From an uncultured virus (IMG/VR IMGVR_UViG_3300043932_000242) (Duplodnaviria; Heunggongvirae; Uroviricota; Caudoviricetes): a DNA stretch of 64,000 nucleotides. The notes under the pieces are model-generated. The model saw only the letters and a list, made by a program, of their open reading frames with translations. It made no database searches and had not been told where the DNA came from. Positions 9,801 to 17,680 of the stretch are shown here, in pieces (position 1 is the stretch's first letter; every line of letters starts with the position of its first letter). Where the stretch lies: the IMG/VR virus record IMGVR_UViG_3300043932_000242; one strand, written 5' to 3'. Made by a program: the position numbers and the translations under genes.

Positions 9801-10077
9801 GCACACCCAGCCCAAGCCGGCGCTCGACATCATGCGCGCCGTCTGCTCGGGGCACCCCGAGCCCATCGCCGAGCTGTGCCGCGAGTTCAACCGCGAGACC
9901 CGCGACGGGACGAGGATGGACGCCTACGCCGACCTTCTCGACGACGTGGTGGCGGCCATCACCGGGACTCAGCAGGACAAGGGCATCGAGAGCCTGTTCA
10001 GCCTGGGCGAGGTCGGCAGCGGCACCGTCATGGGCTTCAACGACTACTCGCTGGTATGTTTCGCGGTGCTGCGATGA
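6832..10077 (+). CDS. SNF2-family helicase with PLD-like N-terminal domain (type III R-M associated)
   Basis: ADSVGLGKT, DESHNFRN, MLSATP, SEGQNLQ, IIQRFGRIDRLG; N-terminal SSYFT...ANFT region. Confidence 0.9.
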   Translation: MKSLNNVGAERLGNALGESIDDGAKLSIISSYFTVFAYGELKEELSKVDEVRFLFSEPTFVKRMADSKEPREFEVARRAREVGVGGSGLELTLRNNLNQRALARECAEWIREKGVFKSAKTSGAIQPGGTYVVENPSGDDHAFMGAAANFTQEGLGYERRPGTVTCVSHFENATEAVGLKMMFESVWDNPAMVEEVTAQVAAQVETLYRENPPEFIYFLTLYHLFRDFMEDDEDNGIRPGLKFEESAVWNKLYDFQKDAVVGAIRKLEKYNGCIIADSVGLGKTYEALAVMKYYQERNDRILVLCPKRLRDNWTLWTQDNDDRNPLADDRFSYTVLNHTDLSRYHGMSGEVDLEHLRWGHFDLLVIDESHNFRNKSTDADKTDRYTRLIEDVIKSGQRTKVLMLSATPVNNRLLDLRNQIELITEGDDAYLEETDGIPSITHVTRVAQQRFNEWSKLSDSERTTESFVNAVNADYFKLLDVLTIARSRKHITKYYGAASGTFPARRAPLSFQTPIDLDGELPPIAELNDMIAQLTFAQYQVLSYVRADRRRKYEDRYGDTWGKDFESQVHRTTAVANLMRINVLKRMESSVNSFRITLRRILDGCVDLRARLDADASGVAYGTEGLEDGFDDDDAEEFEAGGKVRVDLRDVDALRLGQDLDFDIQVLRALLAYADAVTPERDTKLVRLRDFIAEKVSNPYNPGNRKVLVFSAFADTTAYLFEQLAPWLKRELGIECAEVAGSSNRTYSLKLPRTTFENILARFSPVSKELPESQRTLGEIDVIFATDCISEGQNLQDCDCLVNYDIHWNPVRIIQRFGRIDRLGSKNGQIQLVNFWPDIALDEYIQLEGRVKGRMALLDASATGEENVLEAKGNGEMNDLKYRRQQLQQLKSEVLDLEDISGGISITDFAFDDFRVELQRYAKEHPGALENSPAGLHAVAPIPDELRGDVKPGVVFCLKQNDETNDPRDTNPVFPYYVVYVSGDGEVMTKHTQPKPALDIMRAVCSGHPEPIAELCREFNRETRDGTRMDAYADLLDDVVAAITGTQQDKGIESLFSLGEVGSGTVMGFNDYSLVCFAVLR

Positions 10078-10847
10078 GCGGCGTCGACTGGAGCGGCATC
10101 CTGCGCCTGCCCGATGCGGCGCTCGCCGGATGCCGCCGCATCCCCAAGACAGTGCTCGTCAAGCAGGCCATGCTCACCAAGACCGAGCAGAAAAGGCTCG
10201 ATAAGGTCGCGCGCCTCGAGCACTTCGCCACGGTCCAGAAGTCCACGACGCGCGTCCCGCCGTACGAGGACGACGAGCGCAACGTGCAGAGCATAGTCTT
10301 CCTCCGCTGCGAGACGGCACCCGGAACCATGGCCGTGGCGGAGGTGGCGGATCTCGTGCACAAGTGCTTCCCGAACCCGACGGTGCTCCTGATCGAGGCA
10401 GGCGGCTCCGCGTGCATATCGGTCGCCCTCACGCGGAAGAGCCAGGCCGAGCAGGGCGCGACGGTCGTTGACCGAATCGAGTCGACAGGAGCGTTCGACC
10501 CGGGTGATCCGGAGTACGCAGATTTCCTAGGCGCGCTGGCATTTGGGCGGCTCTCGCAAGGCGACCTCTGGGAGTACCTACTCGACATGGCGCGTGTTGT
10601 GGCGCTGTCCCGTGCGATCGGCGGCCTGGGGTTTTACCCCAGCTGTCCCACTCAGGACCGGGAGAAGCTGATTGTCCTCACGGCGCGTTACGGTGAGCTA
10701 GGAGCCTCTGTCAAGCGGCTGAGGGAACGGCGGCGGTCGAAGGACATAACGCTCAACGAGTCCGCAAAGCTGAGGATGGAAATGAAGGAAGAGGAGCAAC
10801 GCCTAAGGGCGGTCGCCGATGAGATAAAGGAGATCTGCAATGGCTGA
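10074..10847 (+). CDS. DUF4391-like protein
   Basis: ATGA overlap with helicase stop; LRLPD...RRIPKT start and coiled-coil C-terminus; position between SNF2 and mod. Confidence 0.7.
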   Translation: MSGVDWSGILRLPDAALAGCRRIPKTVLVKQAMLTKTEQKRLDKVARLEHFATVQKSTTRVPPYEDDERNVQSIVFLRCETAPGTMAVAEVADLVHKCFPNPTVLLIEAGGSACISVALTRKSQAEQGATVVDRIESTGAFDPGDPEYADFLGALAFGRLSQGDLWEYLLDMARVVALSRAIGGLGFYPSCPTQDREKLIVLTARYGELGASVKRLRERRRSKDITLNESAKLRMEMKEEEQRLRAVADEIKEICNG

Positions 10848-11217
10848 CATCGAGAAGGTGGACCTCGCATCGGAAAACCTGGTTGACGACCGCCTGGACA
10901 AACTCAAGGCATTGATGCCCGAGGTGTTCACCGAAGGCGGAATCGACTTCGACAAACTGAGGTTGGAGCTTGGCGGCGAGGTCGACGAGGGCCAGGAACG
11001 CTACGCGTTCACATGGCCCGGCAAGGCCGACGCCATCCGCCAGTCGCAGATTTCCAGCACTGCTACTCTGCGTCCCTGTATCGAGAAAAGCCGCAGCCGC
11101 GACGGCGAGGATGGGTCCTTCGACTCGGACAACATCTACATCGAAGGTGACAACCTCGAGGTGCTGAAGCTCTTGCAGCGTGGCTACCACGGCAAGGTGA
11201 AGATGATCTATATCGAC
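10840..11217 (+). pseudogene. mod: Type III R-M modification methylase, 5' part, interrupted by prophage at the DPPY motif
   Basis: ERYAFTWPGK...NIYIEGDNLEVLKLLQRGYHGKVKMIYID stops before the expected PPY; ORF runs on in unrelated sequence to 11379. Confidence 0.9.
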
Positions 11218-11321
11218 GTATCTCTGCGGACATGGATACAAAGACATGGGTGTTTGCGGATTGACGCACTGCGACGCACAACGACGCATGGTGTGCCTCC
11301 GCGATATTTCAGCGGTTACAC

Positions 11322-11357
11322 GAAGACCCGGCCAGGATTGTTCCTGACCGGGTCTTC
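11322..11357. terminator. Hairpin downstream of recombinase
   Basis: gaagacccggccagga ... tcctgaccgggtcttc inverted repeat. Confidence 0.6.
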
Positions 11358-11375
11358 TCGTTTCCGAGCTGACTG

Positions 11376-12950
11376 CTAGATCGGGATGCTGATTTCTTGG
11401 CCGGCTTTGAATCGGAAGGTGATCTCAGCGTCGGAGACCACAGCATCCTCAATCAAGCTCACCCACAGTCGTGGGCTGAACTCGATGGGCGTGCCGCTTT
11501 TGCGTAGCTCCTGGAACGCTGCCAGTACGATGCTGCGCCGATGATCGGTGCCTGTGATGCTTTCAGCCAGTGCCGCTTCGCGTTCCTCGAGTTCCACGCG
11601 TCTTGCGTCGAGCTCCTCGTAGGTGGTGAGGAAACCGGCCCGGTGCTTAGCGGTGCGTGCGTTGAGCGCAACGAGCTCCTCCATCTGCTCTACCACCCGT
11701 GCAAGCTCTTCTTGGACGGCCTCGTGTTCCTGTCGCTGGTCGGTGGTGTCGAGTGCTTCGGCAACTGCCTGTGGCAGGACCTCATCAAGCTCACGAAGGT
11801 GGCTGGCGAGGTTCCTCACTGCTTGCATGAACAGTTCCTCGATCTGCGTTGGTCGCAGTGTCGCGCTGGTGCACTTGTGTTCGCCGGCGAACTTGTTGTT
11901 ACAACGCCAGGCTTCGCTTTGATACTTCGAGCCCGAATGCCAGACCTTCCGCCCGTACCAGCTACCGCAATCCGCACACACTAGTCGCGAGGAGAACACG
12001 CTGGTCTTGGAGCGTCGGTCGTTGTATCGGGTTGCGAGCTCGTATTGGACCTGCATCCAAGTGTCGGGGTCGATAATGGCTTCGTGGTGGCCTTCGACGT
12101 AGTACTGGGGCACTTCCCCTTCGTTGGGCCTGACCTCTTTGGTGAGGAAGTCCGCGGTGTAAGTCTTTTGGATGAGCAGGTCGCCCTTGTACTTCTCGTT
12201 GCCCAGGATGGACCGGATCGTGCCGATGTTCCAGTGACTGTTGCCGCGCACGGTTCGGTGTCCTTCGGCTTCCAGGATGTCGCAGATGCGCTGCATGGAG
12301 CAGCCTTCGAGGAACAGGTCATATATGCGACGGACGATGGGGGCTTGTGTCTCATCGATGACGAGGGTTTTGTCTGGCCCTTCCTTGTAGCCCAGGATGC
12401 TGGAGTACGGGATGATGGCTTTGCCTTGGGCGAAGCGCTTGCGATGCCCCCAGGTGACGTTCTCACTGATCGAGCGGGCTTCTTCTTGCGCCAGCGAGCT
12501 CATGATCGTGATGAGCAGCTCTCCCTTGGCATCAAGGGTCCAGATGTTTTCCTTCTCGAAGAAGATCTCGACCCCTGCTTCTTTGAGGCTGCGCACGTGG
12601 GTCAGGGAGTCCACCGTGTTGCGCGCGAACCGGGAGACACTCTTGGTGACGATCAGATCGATCTTGCCATCGAGGGCGTCACGGATCATTTCTTGGAACC
12701 CTGCACGCTTCTTCGTGGAGGTTCCGGAGATGCCCTCATCGGTGTAGATCTTGACTAGTTCCCAGTCCGGCCTACCGGTGATATATGCCGTGTAGTAGCC
12801 GACCTGGGCCTCATACGAGGTGGCTTGGTCCTCGTTACCGGTGGACACTCGCGCATAGCCGGCGACTCGTCGTTTGGCTGTGACCGGTGCGGGCGTTGCG
12901 CCAGAGCGGACAGCCTTGGTCGCCGGGATCGTTGTGACCTTGGGGTTCAT
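11376..12950 (-). CDS. Large serine recombinase (integrase) 1
   Basis: VAGYARVST, DEGISGT, TKSVSRFARN, recombinase domain, CADCG zinc ribbon, coiled coil. Confidence 0.95.
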   Translation of the reverse strand: MNPKVTTIPATKAVRSGATPAPVTAKRRVAGYARVSTGNEDQATSYEAQVGYYTAYITGRPDWELVKIYTDEGISGTSTKKRAGFQEMIRDALDGKIDLIVTKSVSRFARNTVDSLTHVRSLKEAGVEIFFEKENIWTLDAKGELLITIMSSLAQEEARSISENVTWGHRKRFAQGKAIIPYSSILGYKEGPDKTLVIDETQAPIVRRIYDLFLEGCSMQRICDILEAEGHRTVRGNSHWNIGTIRSILGNEKYKGDLLIQKTYTADFLTKEVRPNEGEVPQYYVEGHHEAIIDPDTWMQVQYELATRYNDRRSKTSVFSSRLVCADCGSWYGRKVWHSGSKYQSEAWRCNNKFAGEHKCTSATLRPTQIEELFMQAVRNLASHLRELDEVLPQAVAEALDTTDQRQEHEAVQEELARVVEQMEELVALNARTAKHRAGFLTTYEELDARRVELEEREAALAESITGTDHRRSIVLAAFQELRKSGTPIEFSPRLWVSLIEDAVVSDAEITFRFKAGQEISIPI

Positions 12951-12953
12951 GTT

Positions 12954-14603
12954 TTAGGCCTCCTGTCCGCGTTCGTGTCGTGCTCGGATTCCGGCTCGGA
13001 TTGCTGCGGTGGTGCGTTCACGGAATTCCGGGTCTGCCCACAACTGCTTCATGCGTTCACTTTTTGTCTGCCGTACTTCTGGTCTGCGATGCGCTTGACT
13101 GGTGGCCTGGCGTCGTTGTGCTTCTTTCTCGGCGCTGCGCTCAGCGTTGAGACGCCGCATCAGTTCGCCGTGCTTTGCTCGCCGCTCTGGGGTCCAGCGT
13201 TCGGCGAGCTTCTGCGTTGTCTGCTCGCTCTTGACTCTGCCGCGGTTTCCTTGCCGGGCGATACGCTCTTCACGTTCTTCGGGTGTGAGCGAATCCCAGA
13301 AGGCGCGGAGCTTGCGTCCATGCTCGGCCCGGTATCCGGGTTGGTCCCAGTGAACTTTGCGTCGGGGCGGATAAATGATCGTGTGATTGGTGCTTGTTCC
13401 GTCCTTGAGGGTTACGGTTGCTTGCGTCACTGTGACGGCAATCTTGGCTACGTGTTCCTCCACCATGGCCGGGTCGTACTCATCCATCCCCAGCGCATCA
13501 CACAGCACGGTCTCAATGCTGGTCGTCGGGATCCTGCGTGAGGGGCATGGCCCTTCCTGTTCCCGCTTCGTTTTGCACACCCACCCGCGGGATCGTGAAC
13601 CGTCCTTGTAGCGCACAGTGCGTGACCGGTAGACCTGCCCGCAGTGTTCGCACCAGATCAAGCTGGTCAGCTCGCTAGTGGTAATCGACCAGTTCGCTTT
13701 CGCTCCCAGGCTTCGCCGCCTTGCGTGTTCTTCTTGGACGGCTTGCCACTTCTCGCGGCTGACAATGGGCGGGATTGCGTCTTCCACAAGGTACATGGGC
13801 TGCTGGCCAGTGTTGAGGATCGCGTGGGTAGATCTGGACGAGGGCGTGAACCATCGCCCGAGCAGCAGGTCACCTGTATAGGTGCGGTTGCGCAGAATGT
13901 GTCGGAGGGTCTGCGGGTTGAAGGACTCCCCGCTGCGGTTGGTTTTGTCTTGGGATGTCAGGATCTCGACCATCCGCTCGCACGAGACTTGTTGAAGGTA
14001 TTGATCGAATACCCAGCGGATGATCTCGGCTTCTTCCTCAATGATCTTCACATCACTGGCGTCAGCAGAGTTGGTGTACCCATACATGCGGAACCCGTTA
14101 GCTCGGCCTTCTTCGAACCGCTTCGTTACTGCCCATCGCACATTGGCTGACTGTTGTTCGGATTCAGCTTGAGCGAAGGAGGCAAGCAAGGTCAGTAGGA
14201 ATTCGCCGTCAGCACTGGCGGTGGAGATGCGCTCCTTCTCGAATCGCACTTCGACGCCAAGTGAGCGCAGCTCCCTGACTGCCTCAAGCAGATCGACGGT
14301 GTTGCGGGCGAACCGCGAGACGCTCTTGGTCAAGATCAGGTCGATCTTGCCGGCTCTTGCCTGGCTCATCATGTCTTGGAATCCGCTGCGGGTGCGGGTA
14401 GACCGCCCGGAGATTCCGTGGTCGGAAAACACGCCAGCAAACACCCACCCGGGGTGGCTAGCAATGAGGTCTTGGTAGTAGGCGATCTGAGCGGCGTAGG
14501 ACCCTTCACTGCGGTCGGTGATCATCGAAACGCGGGCATAGGCAGCTACCTGCACCATGCCGGATGGGCCAGGTTTCGCGGGGCTAGTTTGTATCGAAAC
14601 CAT
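12954..14603 (-). CDS. Large serine recombinase 2 with basic repetitive C-terminal extension
   Basis: VAAYARVS, DHGISG, TKSVSRFARN, CEHCG ribbon; tail with W..PE.R repeats. Confidence 0.9.
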   Translation of the reverse strand: MVSIQTSPAKPGPSGMVQVAAYARVSMITDRSEGSYAAQIAYYQDLIASHPGWVFAGVFSDHGISGRSTRTRSGFQDMMSQARAGKIDLILTKSVSRFARNTVDLLEAVRELRSLGVEVRFEKERISTASADGEFLLTLLASFAQAESEQQSANVRWAVTKRFEEGRANGFRMYGYTNSADASDVKIIEEEAEIIRWVFDQYLQQVSCERMVEILTSQDKTNRSGESFNPQTLRHILRNRTYTGDLLLGRWFTPSSRSTHAILNTGQQPMYLVEDAIPPIVSREKWQAVQEEHARRRSLGAKANWSITTSELTSLIWCEHCGQVYRSRTVRYKDGSRSRGWVCKTKREQEGPCPSRRIPTTSIETVLCDALGMDEYDPAMVEEHVAKIAVTVTQATVTLKDGTSTNHTIIYPPRRKVHWDQPGYRAEHGRKLRAFWDSLTPEEREERIARQGNRGRVKSEQTTQKLAERWTPERRAKHGELMRRLNAERSAEKEAQRRQATSQAHRRPEVRQTKSERMKQLWADPEFRERTTAAIRAGIRARHERGQEA

Positions 14604-14633
14604 CACAAGTCTCCTTCCTTTTCTTGGCACCTC

Positions 14634-14665
14634 CATACACGCTCTAGTGCGCTTCGATATCAAGT
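14634..14665 (-). promoter_or_regulatory. Putative promoter CTTGATA-N18-TGTAT upstream of recombinase 2
   Basis: Same architecture as the promoters at 34089-36766. Confidence 0.5.
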
Positions 14666-14874
14666 CATGCTGCCGGTTTCGCGGCGTTGTATACGGGTTT
14701 GAAGCTCTGACGCAGCCGCCGATCTATCACGCCCATTTCGGCCTCGGTGAGGAGACCTTGCTCAAGCTGTGTGGCAAGAAACGTGTGGGCGATGTGCCAG
14801 GCGAGCTCAGCGTTGAAGCGTTCAGGGGTAGCAAGCACATTCACGGCATCGCACGGCGTGTGCGGGGTCGTCAT
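14665..14874 (-). CDS. Small SHOCT-like protein (possible recombination accessory factor)
   Basis: LEQGLLTEAEMGVIDRRL; position immediately upstream of the recombinases. Confidence 0.6.
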   Translation of the reverse strand: MTTPHTPCDAVNVLATPERFNAELAWHIAHTFLATQLEQGLLTEAEMGVIDRRLRQSFKPVYNAAKPAA

Positions 14875-15245
14875 CGTCCACCTCTGGTCCCGAAACGAGC
14901 GCGCACGTAGCAGGTGTGGCAGCAGTACTTCGCCCCGCCGATGGCCGCGAACTTCTCACCGCACTGCGGGCAGACCGCCCACGAGTCTGGGTCTGCCAGC
15001 CTGCGGGTCTTCCACAGCCTCCACCGGCAGGCGTCCGAACACGTCAACCGGGTCTTGGCAGCATCCGCAGGTAGCTCTCCACCACACCCGGCGCACACTC
15101 GTGTGCCGCCACTGTCCACGGCTGGCTTGCGGCGCAGATAGGACGCCACCGTCGTGCGGGCCATCCCTAACGCCTGCGCTATCGCACTTGGCCCATAGCC
15201 GGCCCTCGTCATCTGATCGATCCTGTGTCGCTTGGAATCATCCAC
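14871..15245 (-). CDS. HTH (sigma-70 region 4-like) plus zinc-finger protein
   Basis: AGYGPSAIAQALGMARTTVASYLRR; CAGC, CSDAC, CPQC, CCHTC. Confidence 0.75.
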   Translation of the reverse strand: MDDSKRHRIDQMTRAGYGPSAIAQALGMARTTVASYLRRKPAVDSGGTRVCAGCGGELPADAAKTRLTCSDACRWRLWKTRRLADPDSWAVCPQCGEKFAAIGGAKYCCHTCYVRARFGTRGGR

Positions 15246-15263
15246 AGTCCTCTCACCGTCCTT

Positions 15264-15300
15264 TCACCCATGCGTCCTTGGCCGGCAGGCAAACCGGACA
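15264..15300 (-). promoter_or_regulatory. Conserved bipartite motif A, copy 1 (TGTCCGGWTT-N9-CCAARGACGCATGRGTGA)
   Basis: Near-identical copies at 47508-47544 and 52019-52055. Confidence 0.7.
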
Positions 15301-15345
15301 CGACACGGGCACTTGGTTTCAGGGCAGCGGGTCTGCCCTTCACAC

Positions 15346-15376
15346 CACTGCCGACGTTGGCTTGGCTGTTAACCCC
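15346..15376 (-). promoter_or_regulatory. Conserved bipartite motif B, copy 1 (GGGGTTAACA-N10-CGTCGGCAGTG)
   Basis: Second copy at 47464-47494. Confidence 0.6.
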
Positions 15377-15386
15377 CAGATACGGC

Positions 15387-15427
15387 AAAAGCGCCCCCAC
15401 CCACCAAGGACTGGTGGATGAGGGCGC
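15387..15427 (-). terminator. Intrinsic terminator after lysin
   Basis: Minus strand gcgccctcatccacca...tggtgggtgggggcgc followed by tttt. Confidence 0.75.
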
Positions 15428-15449
15428 AATGCCAGAAAGGGACTGGTGG

Positions 15450-16382
15450 TCAGGAGAGCTTGCGGTTGACGATCGCTTGAACAGCGTCGTAGAGGTGGCC
15501 GAGCCGGTTGCGGCGCTCAGCCCCGTTGCCGTACTCGCCACGAATCACCGCATCCGCCAGGGCCTCCAGGTTCGGGCCCGGCGCAGCAGCGGGTGCACTG
15601 CCAGAGAGCTTGGCGTTAACACGTGCTTGCACCGCTTCATAGAGGTGACCCAAGCGGGATTTACGATCCTCGCCGTTTCCGTAGTTTCCTCGGATCACCG
15701 CATCGGCCAGGGCGTCAATGTCAGGAGCTGGTGCTGGGGTTGCAGGCGCAGTAGGTGCAGGCTGGGACGCACGACCGGCAAGAATCTCGTTGACCCTGGC
15801 CTGGACTGCCGAATACTGGCTACCCAGGCGGGCTTTGCGGTCCTCACCGTTGCCGTACTCGCCGCGGATGACCGCCTGGGCGAGTGTCTCAATGTCCCCG
15901 CCGACGCTGGGTGCGGGAGCAGCAGGGCTGCCGCCGCCTGTGATGTAGGGGCCAAGCACGCTGGCGGGCGGATAGTAGCGGCCCGGGCAAGCGGTGGATG
16001 AGGCATCCTTGTGGCCGATGATCTTGAGCGGCCCGTAGGTGGCCTGCAGGTTTCGGATCAGCTCACCGATGGTTGCCTTGTCGGCATCCGAGCAGCGTGG
16101 GTTGCACTCGATGCCGATGGAGCACTGGTTGATAGGCCAGTTGCCGGCATGCCAGGCGGTGTTGGCCAGGTCAACCATCTGCACCACGCGGCCTGCTTCG
16201 ACCACGAAGTGAGCTGATGCTCCTCGTCCGGGGTTTTGGAAGGTGGCGATCACGCCGGACAGTTGCGGGTTGCGCGCGGGGTCGTCCCAGTGGTGGATGA
16301 CGATGGTGGTGATGCGCTTGCCGCCACGACCCTTGGTGTAGTTTGACGGGTGTGCTGGGGTGAACGACTGCTGGTAGCTCAT
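15450..16382 (-). CDS. Endolysin: Amidase_2 plus three CW_7 (Cpl-7) repeats
   Basis: IVIHHW, SAHFVV, AWHAG, SIGIE, GHKD..STACPG; three copies of LAxAVIRGxYGNGxxRxxRLG. Confidence 0.92.
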   Translation of the reverse strand: MSYQQSFTPAHPSNYTKGRGGKRITTIVIHHWDDPARNPQLSGVIATFQNPGRGASAHFVVEAGRVVQMVDLANTAWHAGNWPINQCSIGIECNPRCSDADKATIGELIRNLQATYGPLKIIGHKDASSTACPGRYYPPASVLGPYITGGGSPAAPAPSVGGDIETLAQAVIRGEYGNGEDRKARLGSQYSAVQARVNEILAGRASQPAPTAPATPAPAPDIDALADAVIRGNYGNGEDRKSRLGHLYEAVQARVNAKLSGSAPAAAPGPNLEALADAVIRGEYGNGAERRNRLGHLYDAVQAIVNRKLS

Positions 16383-16939
16383 GGTGTCTCCTTCGGTTGG
16401 TTGTCGGGTACGAGAAAGCCGCCGGCAGAACTGCGCGGCGGCTGAGTGGACTCGGGGGAATCGCTGTCCCCGGGTGGGGTCGGTGGCGGATCACCGGCCG
16501 GGTCATTGACGGGCGGGCCGGTATAGGCATGCCGCCCCTGGGCCGGATGCTGGGTGATGGTGGCCAAGGCATCGCGGAGCTTGTCTGGGACAGGAAGCCC
16601 AATACGGGCAGCGTTTTCCACGATGGAGAGGCCCTCGTTGGCCAGGTAGAAGAAGATCGTGGCTGTCCTAAGGACTCCGCCTTCACCCAGGACGTGCACG
16701 TCGAGGATGTTGGCTAGGCCCACCAGGGCGAAGATCATGACCTTGCGGGCGATCCCCTTAAACCCCACCGAGCTGGAGAGCTCCCCGGTGGCGAAGGCGG
16801 CGATGACGCCGGTTGTGTAGTCGATGGCCACCAGGGTGACCAGGGCGAGCAGGAAACCGTCTGTGCCTCCTAGAAACCAGCCCACAATTCCTCCAATAGT
16901 GGTGAAAAGTGTGTGTGAAACAGTCCAGGCAGTGCGCAT
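16379..16939 (-). CDS. Holin (phage holin 4/toxin-secretion type)
   Basis: IDYTTG...LSSSVGFKGIARK...NEGLSIVENAARIGLPVP. Confidence 0.9.
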   Translation of the reverse strand: MRTAWTVSHTLFTTIGGIVGWFLGGTDGFLLALVTLVAIDYTTGVIAAFATGELSSSVGFKGIARKVMIFALVGLANILDVHVLGEGGVLRTATIFFYLANEGLSIVENAARIGLPVPDKLRDALATITQHPAQGRHAYTGPPVNDPAGDPPPTPPGDSDSPESTQPPRSSAGGFLVPDNQPKETP

Positions 16940-16962
16940 GGGCCTCTCCTTTCTGGGTGGTG

Positions 16963-17205
16963 TTAGAGCAGGCCGTCTGGGCCGGTGAGGACATCGAGGA
17001 CTTCCCAGGCCACATCCACCGAGCCTGTGCTGGCCTGCGGCAACGGCACACTGACCGGTGTCGGGTTTGCCGCTGGGATGGGTGTGGTGTCGTGGTCGGG
17101 TTCCAGTAACACCGAATGCGCCGTGCTGCCCAGCCCATTCGAGCTCTCACCGGCGGACTCGATAGTTTCGGTGGTGGCCTCGACGGTGTCGGTGGTGTCA
17201 CTCAT
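16963..17205 (-). CDS. Acidic hypothetical protein
   Basis: Overlaps upstream gene stop; RBS GGAGGTG. Confidence 0.5.
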   Translation of the reverse strand: MSDTTDTVEATTETIESAGESSNGLGSTAHSVLLEPDHDTTPIPAANPTPVSVPLPQASTGSVDVAWEVLDVLTGPDGLL

Positions 17206-17653
17206 CCCCGCTCACCTCCTCCTCGGTGGTGGTGGCTAGGTGTGCTTCCAGGGCGTCACACAGGTGGTCGTAGGCAGCAGCCTCATCACCAGCAAGCGGC
17301 TGGGTGAGCGCGGTCAGTGCCTCATACAGAGTGCGCGCCATGGTGGTGTACGACGGGCCAGACAGTTCCGCCCGTTCGGCGAGCAGCACGCCCCTGGCCT
17401 GGATGAAGGCGGCCGCCTGCTCAGGAGTGGCAAAACGAATGTGGCCGTCGCCGTCGACCTCGGGTGTGCCAGTCGTATCGCACAGGGCGTGCTCGCGGGC
17501 AAGCTCCAACTCGCTTTCTGCGAGATCCTGGGCGGCCAGGGTGGCCATGGCCAGGACTTTGGAGCGGGCTCTGGAAGCGGCACCAGCAAGCGGCAGCGAG
17601 GTGAGTAGTTCGCAGATGCTGGTGAGGTACTGGTTGGTGATGATGATAGGCAT
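17198..17653 (-). CDS. DUF1617-like phage protein
   Basis: LAGAASRARSK...AAAYDHLCDALE; position between tail fibre and holin. Confidence 0.6.
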   Translation of the reverse strand: MPIIITNQYLTSICELLTSLPLAGAASRARSKVLAMATLAAQDLAESELELAREHALCDTTGTPEVDGDGHIRFATPEQAAAFIQARGVLLAERAELSGPSYTTMARTLYEALTALTQPLAGDEAAAYDHLCDALEAHLATTTEEEVSGDE

Positions 17654-17680
17654 CGGTTTCTCCGTATCTGTCAGGGGTGG

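Larger units (their letters stand above)
560..11217. mobile_element. Decayed integrative/mobilisable element segment carrying a type III R-M-associated operon; left boundary approximate
   Basis: Repressor, excisionase-like HTHs, replication initiator, loader remnant, IS481 remnant and defence genes; codon style differs from the first 550 bp and from the prophage; no integrase visible in this segment. Confidence 0.55.

Noticed and set aside
11218..11379. C-terminal 53 aa of the 179-aa ORF as genuine Mod sequence
   Set aside because: Read-through into phage att DNA and a terminator hairpin; no MTase motifs
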